Source of the DNA: the human T2T-CHM13v2.0 reference genome, Homo sapiens
Direction: 5' to 3' (one strand)
DNA length: 64,000 nt
Assembly (NCBI RefSeq): GCF_009914755.1
Contig: NC_060936.1
In this document: positions 1 to 16,957 of the stretch, piece after piece
How positions within the stretch are numbered: position 1 is the stretch's first letter
How the letters are laid out: each line of letters begins with the position of its first letter
Made by a program: the position numbers and the translations under genes
The notes under the pieces: generated by a model
Told to the model about the DNA's origin: nothing
Databases searched by the model: none
The model's input: only the letters and a program-made list of their open reading frames with translations

Positions 1-117
1 TATGCTCTGTCCAGTCCCTGGCTCAGGAGCAGACCTGGTCTCCAAATCCAGGCCTCCCATGCCTGGGATCCCAGGGGGTCTCAGGGCCTCTGACCCTCTC
101 CAACCTCAGACACTCAC

Positions 118-717
118 CTTGTCAATGAAAGAGGAAAATTTGTTGTTGAGGGTCTTGATCTGTTCCTTCTCCTGGGTCTTCACCTCAATCTAGGCGTCAG
201 TCCCCATGTTCAGGGGCTACCAGAGGCTCTGGTTGATGGTCACCTCCTGGATGCCAAAGGGAAAGGCCCCCAAACCTCCAAAGCCTGAGGCTCCTCAAGG
301 CTGTCCTCCAAAGCCACCAGGTCTCCCTCCAATGCTGAAGGAGCTTCCTCCAAAGCCACTTTTCATTCCCCTTCCTTCAGCCCCACACAGACTGCTTCCC
401 AAGGTGCCCCAGCACCCCTGTGCCCTGCCCCCAGCACCCCTGTGCCCTGCCCCCAGCACCCCTGTGACCTGCCCCCAGCCTGGGCGGCACCTCCAGCAAC
501 CCTCAGTGAGATCTTTCTCCCTGCAAAGCTGTACAGACTCCTGCTGCCAAAGGTGCCCCCTGTCATGGCACAGGCCGCAGCAGCACTGCCTCCCCCAGAA
601 CATGAGGCTGACGGATCTGATGGCACCACCATGGCTCTAGCCAGACACCAGGATGGCAGAGTGGCCACTCAAGCCCTGGGTGGCCTGGGAGGTCCTGCTG
701 GACTGCTGGCTCATCAT
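118..717 (-). pseudogene. Type II keratin pseudogene A, exon 1 (head domain and start of coil 1A); the rest of the gene lies left of the window
   Basis: The minus strand reads ATG ATG AGC CAG (717) ... [37 protein letters not shown]|GTGAGT (donor at 117). In-frame TAG codons at 217-219 and 190-192, plus a frameshifting 22-bp repeat. Probably one of the KRT125P-KRT127P group; exact symbol not assigned. Confidence 0.9.
406..480. repeat. 22-bp tandem repeat (GCCCCCAGCACCCCTGTGCCCT, about 3.4 copies) inside pseudogene A exon 1
   Basis: Units start at about 406, 427, 449 and 471 (partial). The paralogous position in pseudogene B has a single unit. Confidence 0.9.
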
Positions 718-798
718 TTTCTCTGGATGCAGGAAGATGTCCTGGTTCAGAAAACCTGAGGAAAGAGCACTTTCTGATGCAAGGAGAGAGGTGGCCCT

Positions 799-805
799 TT
801 TTATA
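799..805 (-). promoter_or_regulatory. TATA box of pseudogene A
   Basis: TATAAAA on the minus strand about 85 bp upstream of the ATG; the same position is conserved in pseudogene B (18730-18736). Confidence 0.7.
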
Positions 806-1453
806 AGTCCCAGTGGATTGGCTCACTAATTTGACAATTTCCTGAGCTTGATTTTCTAGCCAAAACAGGTCAATGCCTCAAATCCCAAACACATCTTGGT
901 CCTAACCCTGGAGCCACCAGTTGCTTTGATTTTTCTCTGACATTGGCCTCATTTTTCCTTCACCAGATCCAAGGCAGAAAAACACTTAGGCTCCCTACAA
1001 TGGATGGGCTGCTTCCTACTGGAACCTAGCCCCAAACATCAGGGCATTTGCTATAATTAGGTGATTTTCCATGCTCCTCCTGTCTCCGGTGACCTGAGTC
1101 ATTAACTTCTGCCAGTCAGATCCCAGCTCTTAAAACATAAAATATTCACAGGAGACCTTGTCTCAGTTAATTGTGCAGTGTGGTCCTGAAAGAAAGCCCT
1201 TCAGCTCTCCCGGGAACCACATCCACTGCGGTGGGGTCCCCGGGATGCAGGGGCCATCAAGAGTCTCTAAGGTAATGTTTTCCCTTTTTGTCCTGAGGAA
1301 GTGACTCTCCTTACCTCTGGACAGTGCCTAGCCTGCAAGAACAGGACTCTCTGCCCTGCAGGGGCTTTACCTGCAATCATCTCATGCCTGGGTAGTTCAG
1401 AGTAAAGCCTAACTCCCGCCCAGACCATCAAATGAATGCACTGTACGTTCTAG

Positions 1454-2103
<650 letters not shown>

Positions 2104-2108
<5 letters not shown>

Positions 2109-2832
2109 AAACCACAATGAGATACCATCTCACACCAGTTAGAATGGTGATCATTAAAAAGTCAGGAAACAACAGGTGCTGGAGAGGATGTGGAGAAATA
2201 GGAACACTTTTACACTGTTGGTGGGACTGTAAACTAGTTCAACCATTGTGGAAGTCAGTGTGGCGATTCCTCAGGGATCTAGAACTAGAAATACCATTTG
2301 ACCCAGCCATCCCATTACTGGGTATATACTCAAAGGATTATAAATCATGCTGCTATAAAGACACATGCACACGTATGTTTATTGTGGCACTATTCACAAT
2401 AACAAAGACTTGGAACCAACCCAAATGTCCAACAATGATAGACTGGATTAAGAAAATGTGGCACATATACACCATGGAATACTATGCAGCCATAAAAAAT
2501 GATGAGTTCGTGTCCTTTGTAGGGACATGGATGAAACTGGAAACCATCATTCTCAGCAAACTATCGCAAGGACAAAAAACCAAACACCGCATGTTCTCAC
2601 TCATTGGTGGGAATTGAACAGTGAGAACACTTGGACACAGGAAGGGGAACATCACACACAGGGGCCTGTCGTCGGGGGGTGGGGAGGGGGGAGGGATAGC
2701 ATTACGAGGTATACCCAATGTAAATGATGAGTTAATGGGTGCAGCACACCAACATGGCACATGGATACATAAGTAACAAACCTGCACGTTGTGCACATGT
2801 GCCCTAAAACTTAAAGTATAATTTTTAAAAAA
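2104..2832 (+). mobile_element. L1PA (about L1PA4-like) 3' end: ORF2 C-terminus and 3' UTR
   Basis: [39 protein letters not shown]...[11 protein letters not shown]-rich 3' UTR tract, ends ...CCTAAAACTTAAAGTATAA plus a short A-run. Subfamily inferred from remembered 3' UTR diagnostics. Confidence 0.93.
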
Positions 2833-3079
2833 TTGTCATGACTGGGAAAGGGGTGCTACTGACATAAATAAATAAAAACTTGCTTTAAAAAAAAAAGACA
2901 AGACTATAGGGACAGAGAACAGATCTGTGGTTGCCAGAGGTTAGGGGTGGGGGTAGTGAACAACTATAAAAAATAGCACGAGGGGGTTTTGGGAGGTGAT
3001 GAAATTGTTTACACCCTGATTGTGGGAGTGGGTACATAAATCTATACATGTATAACTGTGTTAAAATTCATGGAACTGG

Positions 3080-3369
3080 TGGCAGGGCGCATTGCCTCAT
3101 GCCTGTAATCCCAGCACTTTGGGAGGCTGGGAGAGAATCACTCAAGCCCAGGAGTTCAAGACCAGTCTAAGCAACATAGCAAAATCCCATCTTTACAAAA
3201 AATACAAAACTTAGCCAGGCCTGGTGGCGTGCACCTATAGTTCCAGCTACTCAGGAGGCTGAAGCGGGAGGATCACCTGAGCCCAGGAGGTTAAAGTTGC
3301 AGTGAGCCATGATTCTGCCACAACACCCTAGCCTGGGCGATTGAGTGAGACCTTGTCTCAAAAGAAAAA
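3080..3369 (+). mobile_element. Alu (AluJ-like)
   Basis: GGCAGGGCGC...CCTGTAATCCCAGCACTTTGGGAGG...GAGCCCAGGAGG, A tail. Confidence 0.9.
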
Positions 3370-3419
3370 GTATATATGTAACTATACACCCAAAAAGTCC
3401 ATTTTAATGTATTAAAAGC

Positions 3420-3714
3420 TTTTTTTTTTTTTTGAGACATAGTCTCACTCTGTAGCCCAGGCTGGAGTGCAGTGGCGCGATCTGGGCTCACTGCAAGCTC
3501 CACCTCCTGGGTTCATGCCATTCTCCTGCCTCAACTTCCTGAGTAGTTGGGACTACAGGCACCTGCCATCATGCCCGGCTAATTTTTTGGTATTTTTAGT
3601 AGAGATGGAGTTTCACCATGTTAGCCAGGATGGTCTCGATCTCCTGACCTCGTGATCCACCAGCCTTGGCCTCCCAAAGTGCTGGGATTACAGGCGTGAG
3701 CCACCGCGCCTGGC
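3420..3714 (-). mobile_element. Alu (AluY-like)
   Basis: Poly-T, then ...CTGCAAGCTCCACCTCCTGGGTTCATGCCATTC...TTAGCCAGGATGGTCTCGATCTCCTGACCTCGTGATCC (AluY diagnostics). Confidence 0.92.
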
Positions 3715-6048
3715 GACAAATTCTTTTAAATATGGACAAAGGATGGAGAAACATGTTAAACAATATCACACTGTGGGGAGGAAAAAATCACTAACTTAGG
3801 ATGCTAACTCTACACACAGATGACCAGGTTTCTTCAACAAATAAATTACAAGAAACAAGAAGAAGAATGGGAATCCACACATATCCACCAATTACAATGT
3901 ATGAACATTGTTTAGACCCTGATGCAAGCCAGCAATTTTAATGAAAACATTCCTGAGACATGAGGGGAAATGTGAAACCTGACTGGATATTTGATCATAT
4001 TAAATAATTAATGTTTATCTTGTTAAGGGCGATAAGGTTATAATGTGGTTATATTATTCAAAGAGTCCTTATCTTTTACAAAAACTTATAAAATATTTAT
4101 GAATGAAATAATATAATGTCTGAGATTTGCTCCACCATCTAGAGACATGGAATGGGTAGAAATGAAATAAGATGAGTTCATTGTTGAGGTGGGTGATGGG
4201 TACACAGGTGTTTATTACACTATTCTACTTTGATGTTTGCTTGACATTTTCCATAAGAAAGTTTTTGTTTATCCCAATTTTTTGTGCAAACAAAAAAAGA
4301 AAGTTTTTGAAGAGCCACCTTGCCTTAGATAATTATGACACCTTTCTTTCCTAATATGAATAAGCAGTTTTTACTGTAAATAGCAGTTTCTTTTTCCAGT
4401 ACACGCAAATAAGGACATCTTTGCATGTAGTTCAAATATATAGCTTGCCTGAATCTAGTAAGAGTAACAAGTAAGTTGGATGGCAGGGTCAGAATCCAAA
4501 AATAATTTGACAGTTTGAAGCTTGAGCCAAAACTAATAAGAAAGATTTAACAGAGATTAATGTAAGACCCCACATGTGCATTCAAGCAAAGCAGCTGCAC
4601 AGTTCCCCATGGGGAGATAAGGTTTCACAATGGCTTACATAAAGTCATGCCAGCTTAAGGTGAGTCAGTGGCAGAAAGCAGCTGCCAAAATTACCTGCAA
4701 GGTCAGAGGATGCACAAAGACAAGCTCTGTGCCCACCCTTTTCCTGAACTAGTCAGGCTTCACCTGAAGGGTTTGGTTCTAGGCACCTGGAAGATGTCTA
4801 TGGGAGAGCACTGAGGATGGCTGGGGGCATCCCCCAGCTGAGAGGAGATGAAAGTGTCCCACCTGGAGAAGGACCCTGATAAAGGGGGAACCTTCCTTAA
4901 ACATTTGTATACTCTCATGCGCAAAGGGATTTAGGGTTGTTACCTATAGCCACAGGAAAACTTGGACCAATTAGTGGAATTTACATGGTAAGACTCAGCT
5001 TAACCTTCTCTGTGAGAGGAAGAGGATTTCCCCACCACAGCAGGGTGGGCTACCACTGTAGACAATGTTTTAGAGAGGACATAGGTATCTAAATGGAGGC
5101 TCCTCTTGATGGCTTCTGAAGTCACTTCCAGTCTTGAGAGTCTTATTCCTCAGAAATCAACTAACAGTGGTAACCCTAGAAATAATGATAGCAATATCTC
5201 CCATTTATTGTGTACTTATCTTTTTCTAGGAGCTGTGCCAAGCTCTAGCATGCCTTATGTCATTTAATCAGTCCATCAGTCAGCAAGTGCTTACTGAGTG
5301 CACATTTCCTGCTCAGTATTGTGTAACACAGAAACACTATATGACACAGTTGCTTTCCTTAAAGAATTTAGAATAGAGTTGCTAATCAAAATTTGTGTAC
5401 GTATAGTACAATATCAGTATGAACATCTTTTGTCTTATAAAGTGTTTTTTACATATATTACTTCATGTGTTCTTCAGCACATCCCAGAGAGGAAGATATT
5501 CTTTTTATTACCACATTAATGAATAATAATACTTAATGTTTTAAATCATTCTCCTCCTCTGGAAGTGTCCAGTTTCTAATGTGGCTCAGCATGAACCTAG
5601 CCTCAATCAAGAGAAGACTAGCTTCTTAGACTTTTTTATTTTTATATCCCTGTCATCACAATAATGAGGGAGTTAACTTAAAATAACAATCCATGTTAAA
5701 ATAGGAAGAAAATATAATACTCTAACCACCAATGACAAATACTTTCCAGTAGCAGGAGGCAGAAAGGAAAACATGCCAATATTCATAGGTTTTATTATTC
5801 ATAAAGACTTAGAGGCTAATTTTTTTGGTCTTGGTTTTATGGGGAATATAACAAAATAGACAAAGTCTGAGACTATTTTAAAGTCGGGCTCTGGACCAAA
5901 TATTTACCTGATCTTAAACAGAAAATTTGTATGCCCAAATGCAAATCGTCAGAGCTGAAGCAGGGAATGGGGAGAGTTGAGTTTGGAGGAAGTGACTACA
6001 GTGTCAGCCTCCTGAAATAGAAAAGGCCACCGGATACCTGGGCCAGAT

Positions 6049-6069
6049 TTCAGCACCAAGGACAGAGCA
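6049..6069 (+). promoter_or_regulatory. RE1/NRSE element (candidate REST binding site)
   Basis: TTCAGCACCAAGGACAGAGCA versus consensus TTCAGCACCACGGACAGCGCC: both half-sites intact with the canonical 2-bp spacer, 18/21 match. Confidence 0.8.
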
Positions 6070-6204
6070 CCGCTTCCTGGACGGCGTCTAAAGACTCAAA
6101 GGCCTCTCACTAAAGTAACGCTGTGCCGTTGAAGACCAGAAACACACCCCACACACACACACACTGTCTTGAAGAAACAAAACTACACCTATGTTATTAA
6201 TATA

Positions 6205-6364
6205 GCATGGGAGTGACAAGCATGGACTCCGGGGCTCAATTGCCTATGTTCACACACTGGCTCTACCACTTGCTAACTGTAACCTGTGACACAATGTGAC
6301 CTTCACGTCTCTATACTTCCTTTTCCACATCTGCAAAATAAGGATAATCATACCCACCTCATAG
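6205..6364 (+). mobile_element. MIR fragment (continues at about 7593-7640 after the LTR)
   Basis: TTTCCACATCTGCAAAATAAGGATAATCATACCCACCTCATAG | ...ATTGTGAAGATTAGGTGAG reconstitutes the MIR core. Confidence 0.65.
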
Positions 6365-7592
6365 TGATGGCAGCGGCTGCAGCAGGGAGGCACAGCTAGG
6401 GCTGCACACTCCATGGAGCCAGTGGGAGCCCCACCTCTTCTGAGTTGGGGCGGGACCTCCCCAGGTGATGCTGCAGCCATCCAAATTGCAGCTGCAGACC
6501 CAGTCCTCCTGTTCTAAGGAGAAAGCAGAAGCCCCGCCCTCCTCGTCAGGGCTACAGCCCCCCAAAATGTGGCTGCGGATCGGAGCCTCCCTGTGCTCTT
6601 TAAAGGTCCAGGAGTAGGCAGGGTCTGCCTTCCTGGGTGCAGCGGCAGCTGCCTGATCTACAGCAGCAGACCTGGGTCTCCCACTCTGCAGAGGAGGCAG
6701 GAGCCAGGCACAAGCAGGAGCCCCGCCCCTTCCAAGTTGGTGGGGCAGAAGCTCCCCAGGTACAGCTGCCACTGCCCTCCCAGGAGCAGGACCTGGGCAT
6801 CTCTGTAGCGTGCACCCTCAGAGGCCCGGGAAGGGCCCCCCTCCAGTCCCTGCTGCTTCAGGGGGTGTCTGCTTCCGCTGCCTGGCCTCTCTCCTCTCCT
6901 GGTGCCTGCTCTGATCTCCAAGCAGGGTTGGGCCTGAGCCCCAGGGCCATGAATGGCAGTGGGAGGCAGGCAGATTACTGGGTGGAAAAGAGCAGTCCCC
7001 GGTAAGGTCTCACCTTCAGGTCAGGGAGGGCCTGAAGGCTGGGGAACGGTCAGCCAATCCCGCCAACTGGAGTGGGGACTTGTGGTACCTCCTTGGGGCA
7101 GCCCATGGACCAATCAGCACACACTTCCTCCCCTCTGAGGTCCATAAAAGCCCAGGGCACAGCCAGAGCAGGGGAAAGGACACAGAGGATGGAGAGATGA
7201 GGGAGGACCAGCTGCAGAGAGGAGCTACCCTCTCTGCTGATAGCTGGAAATGCTAGGACGACGAGCTGCAGAGAGGAGCAGCGCTCTCTGCTGAGAGCTT
7301 CAGAGACTTGTGGAGATGACGTCCCGACAGAAAGGAGCCACCCTTTCCAGGGCCTCCTCTCTGCTGAGAGCTGCACACTCTACATGGTACAACTTGCCCA
7401 CAGAGGGAAGCTACCCACTGTGGGTCACTTCTGAGCTGTTGTAACACTCAATGAACTCCTCTTCATCTTGTTCACCTTCCACTTGTCTGTACACCTATCT
7501 CTTCCTGGACACAGGACAAGAACTTGGGTAAAGGTGCCACCAGCCACAGAGGTTTCTGGCCAGAAAAGTGACACCCCAAGGATCCCATAACA
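6365..7592 (+). mobile_element. MER52-type (ERV1) solo LTR
   Basis: Starts TGATGGCAGCGGCTGCAGCAGGGAGG, ends CCCCAAGGATCCCATAACA (TG...CA). Contains GC boxes, CCAAT (7064, 7110) and CATAAAA (7143-7149), and splits a MIR. Family name from recalled consensus. Confidence 0.85.
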
Positions 7593-8321
7593 GTAAGATC
7601 ATTGTGAAGATTAGGTGAGTTATATTGAAGTTCTCAGAACAATTTCTGGCAGGTAGTAATTATGTATATAACTAGGTAGTATATATTTGCTTCATTTATT
7701 GGTTTTCCATAACCTTGAGATCTCAGTATGCGGAGGAAAAGGGCATGTGAAGTGTTGTGGCAAAGTCTTGCTGGGGAGAGGATTGGCTTCTCTTGAATAA
7801 TAAGGAAGGAAGATACATGGGCAGTGTCTGACCACATTTTCCCACCACCTTGGCCCAAAAACCTCAAGGGGAGCAGTGAGGAAGGCCCTGAAGAGACCCA
7901 GGCTGGGCACTGAAGTGACAGTTGACTGTCACTGAGCCATTTGGAGCTCTTGGCAAGGACCACTGAGGCCTCTGCAAGAAGTGTGCCAGCCTCAGGGTGT
8001 GGGCTGCCCTAGGGTGGATCCAGAAAGAGGGAAGCATATCACTGCAATTAGGCCAATTATCTGACCCAGGTTGCTTAACCCCAAAGACTCCCTCAGTGCT
8101 CTCATTCTCTTCTCATCTCTCGCTCAGTCCACACACAACTGCTACCATAACTTTCTGCAGTCTTTTTATCACCCTCCAATTCAGAAGGCACAATGGGTCT
8201 CTATTGTTCTACAAAACTTAGAGCCAAAATGCAGCATAACATATTACAATTTGATGGAGAAAAAAAAAACAGAGCTGAAAGAAGGAAAGGCAGAGTTTCT
8301 ATATAAGACAACATAAAGGTG

Positions 8322-9103
<782 letters not shown>

Positions 9104-10245
9104 TCAGGGGGACTTTCTGTAGTCATGAATTAGGTCTCAGGCTCAGTATGTGGTGCAGGAGCACTGGCCACTGCTGGTGGTGGTCTGCACAATCCTGGCT
9201 AAGGAGGATGGGGATGAACTGCCAAGTCTGGGATTCTGATCCATGGAGAGACTTGTGCTTCTGAACTAGACATCCTTCCCAATAGCCATGGAGTTGATAC
9301 CCCCTTGGAGACCCTGGGTACCTCTGTTGCTCCAGTCGCCACTGCTGGAGCTGCTACTATCCCCCATACTAATGTTTTTGCTGCTAGAAGTGTGGTTGAC
9401 CACAGCTGCAATGAGAATGGACTGCTCAGTCACAGTCTGTCTTCCTAAATGCCCATTGCATGCCAATCCCTGTCTGAGAAATGAGTGGTCAAGGAAAGCC
9501 ACAGAGGAAAGACTTGTGAAAAGACACTACAAAAAAAAGACCAAAAAAAAAAAAAAAAGAGAGAGAGAGAGAGACAATGCTCCTATGGGCCTTCCCTGTC
9601 TGAGGGAGGCCCAGGACATACACTGGATGGGACATCAGATAAAGCCTACCTAAATATGACTTATGTGTCTCTCCCTTGTGCCCCTGCCTTTGTGTTACTC
9701 TAGGGACAAGGCTGTAGAAGACAATTCTAGGGTTTAAAAGCTAATACAAAGCCACGAGAAATCATCTAAAATGATAGAAAAGAAGTGCACAGCATAATCA
9801 CAGATACACACTGGATGCTGGCACTCCCCAGACATCCTATTCAGGAACAAAATAAATATCACAGAAAGGTTATGGTGAAATTACCCAGGTGGGACAAGCT
9901 CTTTTTGGAATTAGCCCCTGGGATGCCAGGATACAATGATATGAGCTCCAGCATCAGCGATTGAGTTTAGACATGAGAAGGGACTTCCCTGAGATTCTAG
10001 GATGGGGAATGCAAAGAATAGAAATGTAATATGTCTCTGGATACATGCCTCTGCCATTACCTTGGCCTCAGTTACTGCATGGGCAAAACTGGGATAACAT
10101 GGCTCTTCAGCAGTGTGTGTGATGAGTAAATCAAGCTGGGTAGAGTGCCCCGCACATTCCCCATTCCATATCAGAAGTGACACAGCTCCTATTTGCATCA
10201 TCCTTCTGGGCCCATGGACACCACCCGCATCCAGGCGCAGGTGTC

Positions 10246-10539
10246 TTTTTTTTTGAGATGGGGCCTTTCTCTGTCACCCAGGCTGGAATGCAGTGGTGCA
10301 ATCACGCCTCCCTACAGCCTCACACTCCTGAGCTCAAGTGATCCTCCTCCCTCAGCCTCTCGAGTAGCTGGTACTGCAGGCACATACCACCATGCCTGGC
10401 TAATTTTGTATTATTTTTTGTAAAGATGGGGTCTCATTATGTTGTCCAGGTTGTTCTGGAGTTCCTGGCCTCAAGTGATCCTGCCCCAGACTTCCAAAGC
10501 ACTAAGATTACAGGCGTGAGGCACCACACCTAGCTGGCC
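10246..10539 (-). mobile_element. Alu (AluJ-like) in pseudogene B intron 7
   Basis: Poly-T, then GAGATGGG...CTCAAGTGATCC...GGCC. Confidence 0.88.
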
Positions 10540-12151
10540 GGGTATCTTTTCCAGAGCACTGCACAGACTCCAACTGTCCAATGTTAACATTAACAAAGAA
10601 GGGAAGGTGGGGAAGAGCAACTGGTTCTGAGGAAAATGGAAACTCCAGCTTAAAGTGTAGGGACAGCAGGCTGTTAGGACTACCTGGTACTCATCTTTGT
10701 ATTCTCCACCACACCAGGATTCACTGACATTTGCCTTTCGGTGCACTATATGTCTATTAGGAGGCAGGCTCTTAGTGTTCTGCTCTAGCAAATATTATAA
10801 AAGTTGTATCTCTGAGCCCAAAGAGAGAGTGCTGAGCAGTACAGTCCACTTCATCGAGCACTTGTTGAGCCCTTCCTTTGTCCCCTGCCACTGTGTTAGA
10901 GCCTCCGTATACCAAGGGGAAGGAAATGCAGAGACAAAAATCACTGTAACACAGTATAGCTAACCAAAGGACCACATAATCCTGTGAAATGGGTTTCTCA
11001 AGTTGGGTTCTGTGCCTTGACCAGAGAGTGCCTACGCTGCCGTACTCCTCGCCCTCCAACATCTTCTGGTAGGTGGCGGTCTCCACATCCAGCCCAGCTT
11101 GATGTTCAGCAGCTCTTGGTAGTCACACGGAAGATGAGCCTGGTCCTCCCTGGCCTGCTGCAGGGCATCTCTGAGCTCTGCCAACTTGGCCTGGGCATCC
11201 TTGAGGGTCAGCATCGCCCCCTGCTCCATGCTGCTCAGTGTCAGCAATTGCCACCTCCAGGTTAGCATTCCGAAGCAGGAGGAGGAAGTGCACTGAGTCC
11301 CTGGATCCAACTGCATATGTAGCAGGTGAAAACAGGTCTCCATCTTTCCCGTTAGTGAAAATCTTTAATCTGTGTGCTATGTGGCTGGTGATGCTAACTT
11401 CTGCTCATAGCATTCACATCCATATAAAATAAACCATACTGGGAAACTCCAATGATTGTCGAGCCTTTACCCAGAGATAGTGGTCACCTGCTTCCCACCT
11501 CTTGGGAAGGAATAATCCATGTTCTGAGATCCCAGAAACTCAATGCCACATAGTTTATGAAGTTTTGGGGACCATGTCTACCAGATTGAGAGAAGATCAT
11601 TCTGCCTTTAAGTTGATGGATGTAAGTTAAGACAGCGTAAAGTCCTTGTTCTATGTGGTACCACTTGGCAAGCCCAGTTGCAAAAGGTCCCAATCAGGAG
11701 TCTGAAAAGCTGCCCTACCTGCTAGGTCCAGGTGGCTCCTCTGGCATCCCAGGACACCACTTTCATCAGAGCCATAATCCTGGGCTTTGAGGAACTGCCC
11801 CCACCTGCTTGTTGATGTTCTCAATCTCTGCCTGCAGCCTGTGGATCATCCTGCTGAGCTCCGCAATCTCATTTTTGGTGCTCCTCAAGTCATCATCATG
11901 TCTTCTGGCTGTGGTCTACAGCTCCCCAGGCTACAGCTGGGTGAACAGAGAGAGCAGGTAGGGAAAGATTATCCCTGACCCTGAAACATGTGTATGAAAA
12001 GGGCAATAGAATCAATCCAGAAAGTCCTAATTCACATAAAGCCCACCAGGCACGTAGAGTGGAAAGAATCACTTAACTGAAACTCACAGTTGCCCTTAAA
12101 GATATCGGGTAGTCAAATGAAAAGCACTATAAGGACTCTACAAGTTTATGG

Positions 12152-12452
12152 GGCTGGGCACAGTGGCTGACACCTGTAATTCCAGATACTTGGGAGACCA
12201 GGGCGGGTAGATCACTTGGGGTCAAAAGTTCAAGACCAGCCTAGCCAATATGGTGAAATGCTGTCTCTACTAAAAACACAAAAATTATCTGGGCATACAG
12301 GTGCAAGCCTACAATCCCAGCTACTCAGGAGGCTGAGGCAGGAGAATCGCTTGAAACTAGGAGGCAGAGAGGTTGCAGTGAGCCGAGATTGTGCCACTGC
12401 AGTCCAGCCTGGGCAACAGAGTGAGTGAGACTCCATCTCAAAAAAAAAAAAA
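12152..12452 (+). mobile_element. Alu (AluS-like) in pseudogene B intron 5
   Basis: Full dimer with A tail; imperfect TSD AAGGACTCTACAAGTTTATGG / AAGATTCTGCAAGTTATGG. Confidence 0.9.
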
Positions 12453-12888
12453 AGATTCTGCAAGTTATGGAAATTTGTGAAAGAAATTTCAATAGGTTTC
12501 CTAGTGAATAAAATATGTATTCTCTGGGATGGTGCCAGAAAGGCTGGAGGTAAAGTTCAGAAGCCCTGGAAAAGGCTGGTGGGGTCCAGATTGATCCAAT
12601 GATCCTTATTTACCTTGGTCTGGTACAGGGTCTGGGCCTTGGCCTTGCTCTTCTAAGCCATCTCCTCATACTAGGCCTTGACCTTGGCAATGATGCTGTT
12701 GAGGTCCAGGTGCCAGTTATTATCCACAGATAGGACCACAGAAATATCACTGGATTGCGACAGGCCTGGTTATACTCCTACAAGCACAGAGGGGCACACC
12801 ACTGGGCAGTTGTAACCATCTCTCTAGGATGCCCTGAACCGACCATCCATTGGCTCAGGAATGTTATGAGGTCGAAAAAACTAAATCT

Positions 12889-15434
<2,546 letters not shown>

Positions 15435-16663
15435 GAGAAAACTAAATCTTAGTGAAGAGAAAGGAAAGTAACAAGAGACAGTAACCCAGAGAAGCCAGGC
15501 AGCAGAAAATCATCCAGCAGACAATAAAGGGTTACCCATAACTCTCCTCTTGGCCACTCTTCATATATTCCCCTTGGGATGCTGTGGACATAGGGATTCT
15601 AAAAGCCTGAACTGCCAATGCTAGGTACCCTGAGCCTTGGGAAGGACAAGAGGGAGGAAGTAAGCAATATGGGGAAGGGGGCTGTAAAATTGAAGAAATG
15701 ATGGAAGAATATGGATCGTGATGGGAAACACTTTGCAAATGTTTCCTGAAAATAGATTTCACAAAGGAAGCAGAATCCCCAGAATCAAGCAAGACTTGAC
15801 ACCCTACATGTGGCTTCAGTCCTAGAAGAAATAATAAAGGTCCTCGCAGCTTCATAGAGGCTCTCAGACTGGCCAGACTCTCTGTTTTGATTTCCAAGTC
15901 CACTTTGGTCATGTAAGAAAGATCCACCTCCTGAAGATAATCAGCCTTATTTGCTTCAATATTACTCTCATTTGATAACATCAGCAGCATGTTTACATGG
16001 TTACAGGAGCAAAAATCACAAAAAAAGAAAAAAAAAACACACAGTACCCTTGCAGTAGAGAAAGAGGTTTGACAATTGAGCTCAATATTAGAGAAGGCAC
16101 ATTATTATTAATTTCTATAACCTGGATGATTATAATGGTAATTATCTACAGTTCAATAGTGAACTGGTGTAATGAAGGGCTCAAAGCAGTTTGGCAACTG
16201 GCGAGCAAAACACACTTTGGAGGGATGTTAACTCCGGAAAGAAAACCCTGGGGCAGAGGCTCAGCATTGAGACTGGCACTGTCCTAGGTTTTGGCCATCA
16301 GCAACAGCAACACTTGGAATTCCTGTTCTGGAGAAAGTATTATCCAGCCTCACAGCCCTGAGAAGGCACCACCATTCCTCACTTTCCTGGCTCCATCTCC
16401 TCTCTTCATAGCTCCACTGCCCTGCTCACCTTCTTCAGAACCATGAAGTCATTATCAGCCTCTGAGTACTTGTTAAATTCATCCTCATACCTACCAGGAA
16501 GAAAAGAAATAAGGCTCAGGTGGCAGCAGAGCCAAGGTTATATGCACAGATGTGCAGAGAAAGGTGTTTATCCCAGGAGTTGGAAGCTCAGCTGGGGCAG
16601 GGTTGATGGTGAATATTCTCTGGATAACATGCCAGTGGGTGGCATGGGTTATTAGAATGGTAG

Positions 16664-16957
<294 letters not shown>

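Larger units (their letters stand above)
2897..4290 (+). mobile_element. Old L1M-type 3' end fragments interrupted by two Alus
   Basis: GACAAGACTATAGGGACAGAGAACAGATCTGTGGTTGCCAGAGG and downstream AT-rich motifs typical of L1M 3' ends; boundaries approximate. Confidence 0.55.

Noticed and set aside
7009-7019. The copied LTR segment ends exactly at a minus-strand splice-donor-like AAG|GTGAG in the source, suggesting a spliced RNA intermediate
   Set aside because: The 6-bp CTGAAG microhomology with L1 explains the junction, and the L1 side lacks a convincing acceptor. Kept only as a weak alternative.
6359-7447. Cluster of overlapping ORFs on both strands
   Set aside because: GC-rich LTR sequence with few stop codons; no recognisable protein.
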